DNA of 64,000 nt. Source: Amphiscolops sp. MND2022. Its lineage: Eukaryota. The translations under genes were made by a program, and so were the position numbers. The stretch covers positions 32,118,001 to 32,182,000 of the forward strand of contig OZ076409.1 of the NCBI GenBank assembly GCA_964187785.1. Reading direction: 5' to 3'. The notes beneath the pieces are model-generated. The model made no database searches. It saw only the letters and a list, made by a program, of their open reading frames with translations, and was not told where the DNA came from. Every line of letters begins with the position of its first letter. Positions within the stretch are counted from its first letter, which is position 1. Positions 52,980 to 64,000 of this stretch are shown here, one piece after another.

Positions 52980-53940
52980 AAACCATTAAAACTACAATAA
53001 GTGATCACTTTACAATTAAGGCTGAAGTAGGTTTCAGAACGCAATCAAAAAGAACAACACGTCTGGTTACAGTTTTCGAATATTGAGCAACCCAGAACAT
53101 AAAAATGCGACAAAATCTTTTCTCTTGAATCATTGGGTAAAATGAATGAAGCTGCACCAGTTGATAACAATAGAATATCTTGCTAGAACAATGATTGAGA
53201 AGTTTCAACAAACATGCACCAGAGAGAAAGCTGAATTCATTCTCGTCCAAGCAACCGTGGATAACGAACTAAACGAGAAATAATAACAAGACGAGAACGT
53301 CTAAAGTCGGCGCTATATTCAAGGCTCAAAAAGCGGAAAACAATTTTTTGAAAAAAACTTGAAATTTTCGAAAAAAAATTCTTCGGAAAAAGTCGCACAG
53401 TGCTGGTAAAATCCAAAGGGATAAAAAAGGGGGGAAAGCCAAAGGACCCTTTAGACATGTCCGGTTTTGTAGGTTTCTTTGAAACAGTGAAAAGGGGGAT
53501 CTTTTACACTCATTCGGTTTTGTAAGCTGAGTTTAAAAACTAAAAACGAAGGGGGGCCTTTGAAATGAATCAGATGCGTTTCCCGGGTATTCGTTTGGTT
53601 TCCTGTAGTTGAACTTTATCGTTCGGCGCTTCGAGTCTGTCTTTTAAAAATGCAAAAACGAAAAAAAAACGAGTTACTGTAACAATCGGGCTTTTATTTT
53701 TAAAAGCGCCGACTAAAAACGAGACACATTGTTCCAAAAGTTGATATTCACTCCAACGGATTCGAACTGTCGCAAGACATTCCGTGCGAGATGTCCGGAG
53801 TGCAATGTAATTGAAACAGTGTAAAAATGAAAACCGAAATGTGCGGAGCAACAGTATGACAACAAACAGAAGAAAAGGTAAAAACAGCAACAAAAGTAAA
53901 AACAGCAAACAAAACAGCGAAAAAAATGTGAAAATGCTAA
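52980..53940 (+). mobile_element. LINE endonuclease-end/linker remnant split by the 53285-53719 insertion
   Basis: TTISDHF, FNKHAP and KQPWITN before the insertion; KRDTLFQK resumes right after 53719. Confidence 0.55.
53285..53719 (-). mobile_element. Non-autonomous Helentron/Helitron2-type element (HINE/DINE-1-like), ~435 bp
   Basis: Subterminal inverted repeat AGTCGGCGCT (53305-53314) / AGCGCCGACT (53705-53714); terminal hairpin AGACG-AGAA-CGTCT (53289-53302); a second hairpin overlaps the other repeat; T-run ends. Confidence 0.7.
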
Positions 53941-53944
53941 TAAG

Positions 53945-56900
53945 AAATTGAATACTGGAATGTGTTCTTCGGGAAAATGTTTGAACTCAATTTCTTCGTC
54001 ATATCCAGACATTTTCTCGAAAACAACCCAGAAACTGACGCACAAGTTTCCTTTTTATTTCTGTCAGGTTTTCTTTTCATCGAAAAGTAGGAAGTCGTTG
54101 GTTTTTGGCACAAGGATAAGAATTTAACAAAACAGGCGTAATCAGACTGAAGTTGGAAGCAAAGCAAACAGATACTAACGAAAATCATCAAAGAGCGAAC
54201 AAAACGAAAAAAACAGCATCAATTGTAGTCTAAAGTTATAGTTTTTAAAGCTTGCAATTTTCTTCCTAATGACAAGCTTCTTCATTGTCTTCGGTTTTTC
54301 TTCCGGCAAGGAGGGTATTTCACTAATAAATCAGGGTGAAGAACCAATGAGCGAAAAATATCTGTTTCTTATCATATTTGATAGCCTTTACTCGGTCAGA
54401 GATTCAGAGATTGGAGATGACATTGGACCAGTTCTTGTACAGTTAATCACGACTTTTGACAAACTCTTCATTACTGTATTCGAAGCTGAAGACGGACTAA
54501 ACAAATAGGTATACAATAAAATAGGACTCTACCGCTTTTTAATCCGGACCAAAAACCTGAAATATGATGTATTATGCTGCATTCTGAACACAGCATAGGA
54601 TGACATACATCATACGGCATAAAGAATGCGGTTAATGCGGAAATCAAATAAAACATGCAAATTGCAAAGAGTTCGACGCGGAATAATACAAAGGATAGCA
54701 TAATGTTACTATATAGTGAGAAACAATGCAGAATGATATGCTGATCTAATACAGTACATTTCACAATGCGGTCTCAATAAAACAACAGCGTAGTGGAAAG
54801 CTTTCATGCTGTTTTCAACAGAAAACAGCGTAATGGATGGACACATGCGGTTTCCAGAAGTTAAGACTATTGTGGAATCATTTTACGCAGTTTTCAACAG
54901 AAAACAGCATTATGAATGGACTTATGCGGTTTCTAGAAGAAAACAGCACAGTGGAATGTATTAATGCGATTTGCAACAGAAACTAGCAGAATGAATGATG
55001 CAATGAGTTCATGCAGTTCCAGAAGAAAGAAGCATAGTGGAATGGTTTATCGGGAATTCAATGGAAAACAGCATGGTGCAATGATTGCATGCAGTCTTGG
55101 AAGAAAACAGGTTATTCGTTTGACTTTATCTGGTTTTCAATGAGAAACAGCAAGATGGAATGACGCTATGCAGTTTTTGAAAAAATCAGAATGAAGCAGT
55201 ATTACGGATTTTAGAACAAAACAGCATAAATTTAATCTTTTGTACTGCGGTATTGCTAGCTCAGCATCAGAGTGCAACCAATGTGGACTATGCAGTTTTC
55301 GTAAGAAATCAGCATGATCAAACTTGGGAAAATCATCACGAAGGTATGAAAATTATGCGCATCAACAGTATGGTGAAGGACAGAACAAAAACTTAAAAAA
55401 CACAGCTACAAGATATGTTGTACTTTGCGGTTTTCAAGACACTGTTTAAAAACCTAATCTTCGACGCAGCCTATTAAAATCCGAAAGCACAACCTGAAGG
55501 CGAAAATGAGAGAAAACAATGACTCAAAACTAGAAGGAAACATATTCATCGAATTTAATGAAGATTAAACAAGGATAGAAACGTGAATTTTGAGCTAAGG
55601 CACAAACAAAATTGCAATTACAATAAGCAAATACCAGTCAGTAACACAAGTTGTCTGGTCAAAGAGGTGGGAAACTGATCAATGCTTACATTTAATACTG
55701 GAGTCGACTCAAAAAAAGTGGTTCATCACTTTGATAGGAATCCCGAAAATGGACCTGTGGTTAGCCGGTGAAGAAACAAAAATTGTTCATCAATTAGGAC
55801 AAGACACCCGAAAATGAGCCTGTTAAGTGCTGCTGAAAAAACAAAGCTTGTTCATCACTTTGTATATGTAACTCAAACGGAAACCTGTGAAACAGTTGAT
55901 AACAAATTAAATGCTGGAAAATTTTCTTCTATTAGCAACTAGTCGAAAACGTTTGAAAATACAGACCTTGTGTTGGCAACTCAAATCCTTCATCATATCC
56001 AGACTTTTTCCCAAAAACAACCAGGAAACTGATGCACAACACACAGAAGAAACTGTAATTAAAAGAGGTGAAAAGTACTCAGACTCATACCGATATTAGA
56101 ACGTTTCAAACTGAAAGACTCAAAGACTTTTTCCCAAGAACAATAGTCTCGTTCGTTTTTTCTTGCCATAGGTTTTTTCTCAACCAAAAATTGGAGAAAT
56201 CGTAGCTTTTCGGCACATAGAACAGAATTTAACAAAACAGGCGTAATCAGCAGGAAGTTGGAAGCAAAGCAAACGGATACTAACGAAAATCATCAAGGAA
56301 GGAACAATACGAAGAAAAACAGAATCACAGCCAATTGTATTGCCTAAATGCAATAAGTGTTTTGACCGCTTGTGAGTTTGTTCTTAATGACAAACTTCTT
56401 CATTGTCTTCGTTGTTTTTCGGCAACAAGGGTATGACACTAAAGAATTGGTGTAGAGAAACAAAGAATGAAAATTAGCTATTTCAGATCATATTTGAAAG
56501 CATTCACTCGGTCAGGGAGTGAGGGATTGGAGACGATATTGACCATTTCTTGTACAGTTATTCAAGATTTTTGACAGACTCTTCATTACTGTATTCGAAA
56601 CTGACGACGGACTAAACAAAAAGGTATACAACAATATAGGACTCTACCGCTTTTTAATCCGGAACAAAAACATAATATATGATGCATTATGCTGAATACA
56701 GCATATGATGACATACATCATACAGCATAAAAATGCGGTTTATCCGGAAATCAAATAAAACAAGCATATTGCACAGCTTCTGATGCGGAGTAATACAAAG
56801 GATAGCATAATGTTACAATATAGTTAGAAACAATGTAGGATATGCTGATCGACCTGACTAGTACCGTACAAATCTCAAAGCGGTCTCAGAAAAACAATAG

Positions 56901-59849
56901 CCTAATAAAAAGGTTTCATCCTGTTTTCAACAAAAAATAGCATAATGAATGGACTCATGCGGTTTCTAGATTTTAGAACGGATTTTAGAACAAAACAGCA
57001 TAAATTTAATCTTTTATACTGCGGTATTGCTAGTTCAGCATCAGAGTGCAAACAATGTGGACTATGCAATTTTCGTAAGAAATCAGCATGATCAAACTTG
57101 GGAAAATCATCACGAAGGTATAAAAATTATGCGCGTCAACAGTATGGTGAAAGACAGAACAAAAACTTAAAAAACACAGCTACAAGATATGTTGTACTTT
57201 GCGGTTTTCAAGACACTGTTTAAAAACTTAATCTTCGACGCAGCCTATTAAAATCCGAAAGCACAACCTGAAGGCGAAAATGAGACAAAACAATGACTCA
57301 AAACTAGAAGAAAACATATTCATCGAATTTAATGAAGATTAAACAAGGATAGAAACGTGAATTTTGAGCTAAGGCACAAACAAAATTGCAATTACAATAA
57401 GCAAATACCAGTCAGTAACACAAGTTGTCTGGTCAAAGAGGTGGAAAACTGATCAATGCTTACATTTCTTACTGGAGTCGTCTCAAAAAAAGTGGTTCAT
57501 CACTTTGAAAGGGAATCCCGAAAATGGACCTGTGATTAGCTGGTGAAGAAACGAAAATTGTTCATCAATTAGGACAAGACACCCGAAAATGAGCCTGTTA
57601 AGGGCTGCTGAAAAAACAAAGCTTGTTCATAACTTTGTATATGTAACTCAAACGGAAACCTGTGAAAAAATTGATAACAAATTAAATGCTGGAAAATTTT
57701 CTTCTATTAGCAACTAGTCGAAAACGTTTGAAAATAAAGACCTTGTGTTGGCAACTCAAATCCTTCATCATATCCAGACTTTTTCCCAAAAACAACCAGG
57801 AAACTGATGCACAACACACCGAAGAAACTGTAATTAAAAGAGGTGAAAAGTACTCAGACTCATACCGATATTAGAACGTTTCAAACTGAAAGACTCAAAG
57901 ACTTTTTCCCAAGAACAATAGTCTCGTTCGTTTTTTCTTGCCATAGGTTTTTTGCTTTCAACCAAAAATTGGAAATCGTAGCTTTTCGGCACATAGAACA
58001 GAATTTAACAAAACAGGCGTAATCTGAAGGAAGTTCGAAGCAAGGCAAACAGATACTAACGAAAATCATCAAGGAACGAACAGTAGGAAGAAAAACAGAA
58101 TCACAGCCAATTGTATTGCCTAAAGTCAATAAGTGTTTTGACCGCTTGTGAGTTTGTTCTTAATGACAAACTTCGTCATTGTCTTCGTTGTTTTCGGCAA
58201 CAGAGGTATGTCACTAAAGAATTGGTGTAGAGAAACAAAGAATGAAAATTAGCTATTTCAGATCATATTTGAAAGCATTCACTCGGTCAGGGAGTCAGGG
58301 ATTGGAGACGATATTGACCATTTCTTGTACAGTTATTCAAGATTTTTGACAGACTCTTCATTACTGTATTCGAAACTGACGACGGACTAAACAAAAAGGT
58401 ATACAACAATATAGGACTCTACCGCTTTTTAATCCGGAACAAAAACATAATATATGATGCATTATGCTGAATACAGCATATGATGACATACATCATACAG
58501 CATAAAAAATGCGGTTTATCCGGAAATCAAATAAAACAAGCATTTTGCACGGCATCTGATGCGGAGTAATACAAAGGATAGCATAATGTTACAATAAAGT
58601 TAGAAACAATGCAGGATATGCTGATCGACCTGACTAGTACCGTACAAATCTCAAAGCGGTCTCAAAAAAACAATAGCCTAATGGAAAGTTTTCACCCTGT
58701 TTTCAACAAAATATAGCATAATGAATGGACTTATGCGGTTTCTAGAAGAAAACAGCACAGTGGAATGACTTTATGCGATTTTCAATAGAAACCAGCAGAA
58801 TGAATGATGCAATGAGCAATGAGTTCATGCAGTTCCAGAAGAAAAAGCATAGTGGAATGGCTTGTAGGGAATTCAATGGAAAACAGCGTGGTGCAATGAT
58901 TTCATGCAGTCTTAGAAGAAAGCAAGTTATTGGTTTGACTTTATCTGGTTTTCAATGAAAAACAGCATGATGGAATGACGCTATGCAGTTTTTGGAGAAA
59001 TCAGAATGGTGGAAAAATTTTCATGATTTTCATTAACATGAAGCAGTATTGCGGATTTTAGAACAAAACAGCATAAAATTAATCTTTTATGCTGCGGTAT
59101 TGCTAGTTCAGCATCAGAGTACAAACAATGTGGACTATGCAGATTTCGTACGAAATCAGCATGATCGAACTTGGGAACATCATCACGAAGGTGAAGAATT
59201 TATGCGGAGCAACAGTGTGAAGAAAAACAGAAAAAAGTTAGAAAAAACTCGGCAACAAGGTATCTTGGACTATGCGGTTTTCAAGACACAGCCTAAAAAC
59301 TGAAACTTTGGCGCAGCCTATGAAATAGGAAAGATAATTTGAAGGCGAAAATGAGAAATCACGATGAACCGGAACTACAAGAGAACCTACTTTTCGAAAC
59401 TCAGAAAGATTAATCTCGAGAGTAGCAAAAACACAAACAAAATTGCGAATACAGGAAGCAGACACCAATCAGCAACAGAATTGGGAATGGTGGGAAATTG
59501 ATCAATTCTTACTTTAAGTACTGCAGTCGACTCAAAAAAAATTGGTCGTCGTTTTTGAAAGGAATCCCGAAAATGGATCTGTGAAGAACTGATGGAAAAA
59601 ACGGAAATTGTTCATCACTTTGGACAGAAACCCCGAAAATGAGTCTGTTAAGTGCTGGTGAAAAAACGAAACTTGTTCATCACTTTTTATAGGATACCCA
59701 ACGAAAGTAAACATGTGAAAACCTGAGAACTAATAAAACACTGGAATGTTTTCTACTATTAGAAAATAGTCTAAAATGTTTGAAAATAAAGAAAACACCA
59801 AAAAAACTGATTCATAAGACACATTAAACTGTTATTACAAGAGGTGAGC
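53945..59849. repeat. Diverged tandem macro-repeat, three ~1.8-2.05 kb units plus the start of a fourth
   Basis: Unit starts near 53945, 55906, 57681 and 59735. ORF 55911 recurs at 57686 (+1775). Internal ~40-bp AAAACAGC..TGGA..ATGCGGTTT subrepeats vary in number. Confidence 0.9.
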
Positions 59850-60075
59850 TGTTAAAAAGTTTGGTGGTTGTTTCTTTTATACAAGTTAGAACTGACATAA
59901 GAAGTCTAAGATTTTAACAGCGGAGTCGTCTTATCTTTTATCTTATAGCTAGCTAGTTCAGAGTACGATCTATTTCTGAGATCTCAGTTCTTGAAGTGTT
60001 GGAAGAAGACTGATTGCTAGGAAGAATTCTCAATTTCTCCAAGTAGATATATTCTATTAACTAGGGTAGGTTACA
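59850..60075 (-). repeat. Probable LTR (226 bp) of a second large element
   Basis: TGTAACCT..TTTTAACA on the minus strand. It interrupts the macro-repeat abruptly and shares AATCAGT, GAACTAG, AGCTAGCTA and AAAAGAAA..CAACCA motifs with the 269-bp LTR. The partner LTR is not in the window. Confidence 0.6.
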
Positions 60076-61391
60076 TCAATTAATAATGTGACAGCAACAG
60101 GATAAAGCAGGGAAGTTTGATACAGGATCTATTAAATGAAGTTTCTTCTGGAATAATTGGTTTCTAGATTCAATTAGATTTACTAATTTCTTCGGTTAAG
60201 AGTTCAGAGTATTTCAGATTTATAAAATCTTTGAGGACATGCATCATGGCATCACAATCAACCGGGAATTTAAAAATAAAATTACATATATGCACTTTTG
60301 AGTTTGAGGAGTTCTAGAAGTTTTTATTATATGCATGGGTTTGTTTCATATGTGTTGTACTAAAGTTGCATGAGTTTCGTTTTGTAGAGTACCATACTTA
60401 AGGAGTGAGAACAACCAAAGACGATTTGACTTCTTACGTCATAGACGATTCAATTGGTGCAAAAAGGTTCAAACAGGTTCAAGTTCTTTCAGTTTCTTTG
60501 ACTGACAAGTTCTTCGAAGTTATTGTTGACAACTATTTATTCTTTCATGTTTCTTTTTCGTACGTATCAGCCATCGGTTTGTTGAAAAAGTTTGTTTCAT
60601 CAACATGAGTTAGTCAGCATGAAAAACTTTTCAAGTTGAAGAATTAAAGCGTGGAGTTGTCAATGAGTTGTGAACCAACATTGGCGGGTATGTGAACCAA
60701 AAGTGAAGAAGTTTTGAAAAATCAAGGTTGAAGTGAGAGTTCATTTTCAACAAAAGTGAAGAGCAGAGCAGAAGCAAGAGTTGAAAAAAAACTTTGGCCA
60801 TTTCAAGTCTCAAACATTTGAAAACTAGAAGTGACATTTTTTACAAGTGACAATTTTCAAGAGGTCGAAAGAAAATTTTGGAAAATTTTTTTGGAAATGC
60901 TTTTGAGGGTTAAGGAAAAGTTATAGAACATGTTTTGTAAAAAAAAAATTTTTGTCCAAAAATCTTAGAAAATTTCTTGTGCTGTAAGTAGGACTTGTGT
61001 TCTGTAAAAAGACGGGGATTAAAATGTATTTTGAAGTGGATAATTATGTAAGATAATGTTAAAGTTCTATACATAATACAATGGGAGTAAATAATATTGT
61101 GGTTACAAGAATAATTATGGGTAGAATTTGGGAAGGATTATGGTTAATGGGGGGTAATTATACAATGGTTAGTTAAGATTAAGATTAAATAAGATTATAT
61201 AGCGTGAAAAATTAGATAGGAGTATATAGCACTAGTATACTACGATTAAATAAGATTATAGAGCACTAAGATTTAAATACGAGTATATAGCACTAGTCTA
61301 TAATATGAGTTTATTAAAATGGGTTACAGGTTATATTGATTATAAGTGATTATACAGTTCAGTTTGAAATTTGTATCGGCCATTGAAGTAA

Positions 61392-61538
61392 GAAGACCAG
61401 TTCACAAAGTCAGCAGTTGAGGTGTGAAGAGGACCAGTTCACAAAGTCAGCAGTTGAGGTGTGAAGAAGACCAGTTCACAAATCAGCAGTTGAGGTGCGA
61501 AGAAGACCAGTTCACAAAGTCAGCAATTGAAGTGTGGA
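61392..61538. repeat. 37-bp minisatellite, four copies
   Basis: GAAGACCAGTTCACAAAGTCAGCAGTTGAGGTGTGAA head-to-tail; the third copy has a 1-nt deletion. Confidence 0.95.
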
Positions 61539-61762
61539 GACTGATGACGAGGACAATTTTTTGGCAACGTCGATGAACCCAAAGTGTAGATGGATGTTGT
61601 TGACCATCGTGGTGGGTGAAGTGAAGAGTTTCAGCATGTGTAGGAGTTCTTGGAAGTAATCATCAACCACATTTCGAAGCATCATCGAAAGAAGATGAAG
61701 AGTTTGGAGACGAAATGTAGTCAAAGAGTGAAAGAGAAGTAAGTAGAAGTTTGTGTTAGAGA

Positions 61763-62215
61763 TTATTGAAAGAGAGAATTTTGCGATGGAGGATGAGGTT
61801 GATGTTGTATCGGGTCATAAAGTTCTAGTTGTTGCGTATACCCGAAATCTTGTAACATATTATTAAAAGCATCTGTAGCTTCTTGAATAGCAGCACGAAA
61901 GTACTGATCTTTTGACGTGAAAGACGAATTGAGGACAAAAACAACATTAGATGCCGTTTCACAAATGGCAATTTTAGGTCCTTGAAGATGGATTCGCGAA
62001 TATTGCTCGAAAGTGATTTTCTTCTTCTTTATTTGCGTGACGTTGTAGAGTACCTTTAAGAAAGCAATGAGGCATTTTGGCGTAATTTTGTTTTTGTGAA
62101 TTTCAAGCGAGAGTTTGAAGGCCATGGTATGAAATATGGCGGCTTTAAGACTATGCACTTTCGAAAATTCAGAAGTCATTGTTAGAATGTCGTTTGTTTC
62201 AGCATTTGGGGCCAT
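61763..62215 (-). CDS. Uncharacterised 150-aa ORF
   Basis: ATG start (MAPNAETND..), uninterrupted frame in AT-rich DNA, protein-like composition. Confidence 0.55.
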   Translation of the reverse strand: MAPNAETNDILTMTSEFSKVHSLKAAIFHTMAFKLSLEIHKNKITPKCLIAFLKVLYNVTQIKKKKITFEQYSRIHLQGPKIAICETASNVVFVLNSSFTSKDQYFRAAIQEATDAFNNMLQDFGYTQQLELYDPIQHQPHPPSQNSLFQ

Positions 62216-62624
62216 TATGACGAGAGTTTGAAGAATACAAAGAAGGAGAAGTTGGGATGTTCTGAAAGAATTTGGATGAAGGAGAAGGAAGAATGGATGT
62301 TTCTAAAACAAAGGAAGTGTAAGAAGAATGACAATATCAAGTCAAAGATGTACAACAAAAATGAGTGCTATAATGTACCATATGTAGTGTTATTTTATAT
62401 TGTCTTGTATGTCTTGTATTGTAGTGTTTTGAGTTAAAAATTAGTTAGTTTTTGACATGTACTGTAGGAAAAATTAGTGTATTTAAAAACAGTCCTGAGA
62501 TTTCATTCAAAAGTAAGGATTTTCGTTAATTAAAAAAGAAAATACCTTGTAAAATGTGCCACAGATGTACCATAGGATGTACCAGAGAAGAAAATTTAAA
62601 ACTTTATATTACCTGTAGAGAAGT

Positions 62625-63968
62625 TTAATGAAGATTAGTTGAATTAAAAAGAGTAGTTATAGTTTCCAAAGCAGATTGAATTGCTTGGGATGATTGAGTG
62701 ATGCGTTGAGAATCTAAATCGAGTGTCTGAAGGAGTTTATGTTTTCTGTCATAGCAGTGTAGTATATGTGTGAGTGTTGTGATAGGTGTTTCAGAAGAGT
62801 TTCGTTTATAGGGTTCCAGTAAATTTGTCATGTCTCGAAGTGTGCGATTGTTTAATACAGAGGAAAGTTTGTCATGAGTGTTTTTGATAGGTGAAGTGTG
62901 TGATTTATGTTCGGTTTTTTGTTCAGCTTGTACCATGAAAGAGATAGTTTTGGCAGATATAAAGAGGAGTTCATTGTAGGAATATGTTTGTTTGTAGAGT
63001 GCTGTATAGTATGTTCTATCTTTATCGTCAAGTGGAGAAGAAACGAGGTGTTTAATAACAGTAAGAGGTTTTGTAATTTGAGTAGGGATGTTGCAAGGCA
63101 ACAAAAAATCATCGTAATGTATGAGATATTCTTGAGGTACAATAAGTGGACGTGAAGTATTGTTATATGGAAGCAAACAGAAGTATTGCTTTATAGGGTC
63201 ATAATTCCGGAGGTAGCCTGTGATACAGGAGTGATGGAGAGTGTACATATTTGTCATTGTGAACGGTGATGTATATTTGTAATTGACAAAAATATAATTT
63301 TGTGGTTTCGTGTATTGTAGAAATTTAGTATATGTCTGATGATGAGAAGCTTTTTGTGCTATAGAGAGAAAGGATGGATCAGATTCATCCGTTTTGAGAT
63401 CGTATATAGAAGGTCTAAGAAAATTGAACTGGAGAGAGAAAATTTTAACTCCATTCTCGAGCCAATATTGGTATGGACCCATGATTTTGGAAGCAATGGA
63501 TGTGAAGAAGTCTTGATTTTTGTCATATAAGCGAAATGAGTAGTCAGTAGGATGCATATATAGAGAAGTGAGTTGTGCTTTGAAGACGAAATCGTCAGTG
63601 GAAAGGATTGAGATCAAATGATCATCGCGATTCGTGCAAAGTGAAATTTTTGAAGGTATTGAAGGAGGATATATCGGTGATGAAAGAAAGATTGGATCTT
63701 TCATTATTTCATATCGCTTTTTTGGACGAGGAGGTGTCGATTGTGTATGATCAGTATCATCTTGTGGAGGAGTAGGTTTTGGATTTTCATTTTCAACTTT
63801 TGTGTGTTCCATTGGTTCAAGAAAAGTTGGAGGTGTTTTGTCAAAAGTATCAATATAGAGAACAGGAGAATCATTAGAAAGAGGTCTTGTTATAAGATCT
63901 GTTGGAGTTGCTTGTTCAAGCTGTGTTTGTAGGTCAATTTGTGCTTGTGTCATTGTTTGAGAAAGCAT
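62625..63968 (-). CDS. Uncharacterised ~447-aa ORF
   Basis: 1.3-kb open frame with a P/T-rich N-terminus containing PRPKKR, an aromatic-rich middle and a coiled-coil-like end; no recognised motif. Confidence 0.7.
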   Translation of the reverse strand: MLSQTMTQAQIDLQTQLEQATPTDLITRPLSNDSPVLYIDTFDKTPPTFLEPMEHTKVENENPKPTPPQDDTDHTQSTPPRPKKRYEIMKDPIFLSSPIYPPSIPSKISLCTNRDDHLISILSTDDFVFKAQLTSLYMHPTDYSFRLYDKNQDFFTSIASKIMGPYQYWLENGVKIFSLQFNFLRPSIYDLKTDESDPSFLSIAQKASHHQTYTKFLQYTKPQNYIFVNYKYTSPFTMTNMYTLHHSCITGYLRNYDPIKQYFCLLPYNNTSRPLIVPQEYLIHYDDFLLPCNIPTQITKPLTVIKHLVSSPLDDKDRTYYTALYKQTYSYNELLFISAKTISFMVQAEQKTEHKSHTSPIKNTHDKLSSVLNNRTLRDMTNLLEPYKRNSSETPITTLTHILHCYDRKHKLLQTLDLDSQRITQSSQAIQSALETITTLFNSTNLH

Positions 63969-64000
63969 CAACAGTCACAGTGTTATCTATTCCAAGAGGC

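Larger units (their letters stand above)
59850..64000 (-). mobile_element. Probable 3' portion of a large multi-ORF LTR element running off the window
   Basis: LTR-like end plus an A/C-rich, G-poor minus strand like the sense strand of the 15-kb element, carrying several co-oriented ORFs. No pol motif lies inside the window. Confidence 0.5.

Noticed and set aside
52384..52989. 201-aa ORF
   Set aside because: It is a chance frame running across a SINE head and a non-coding repeat.
61392..61538. 37-bp repeat as CRISPR
   Set aside because: The units are head-to-tail with no spacers.

Overview
This is repeat-saturated eukaryotic DNA, probably from an invertebrate animal; I see no host gene that I can support. 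From left to right: a decayed RLE-type non-LTR fragment; a 3-kb (TATAC)n run into a 200-N gap; a 3,457-bp tandem duplication joining a Gypsy protease fragment to a spliced, apparently inactive hAT-like gene; and a 13-kb satellite of ~174 and ~237 bp monomers with higher-order repeats. Next is a complete 15,187-bp Ty3/Gypsy provirus (269-bp LTRs, TAAG target duplication). After it come a CR1/L2-like LINE interrupted by an integrase-less Gypsy, tRNA-derived SINE heads, Helentron-type non-autonomous elements, a ~2-kb tandem macro-repeat, and the LTR end of a second multi-ORF element. The standout is the 15-kb provirus, which is built like a complex enveloped virus. It has a hairpin-rich leader, a small transmembrane ORF, an extended Gag with an RS-rich domain, an extra ORF carrying late-domain-like motifs, and an env resembling herpes gB/chuvirus class III fusogens. 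This copy is disabled by stops and frameshifts. All family assignments come from motifs recognised by eye, not from database searches.
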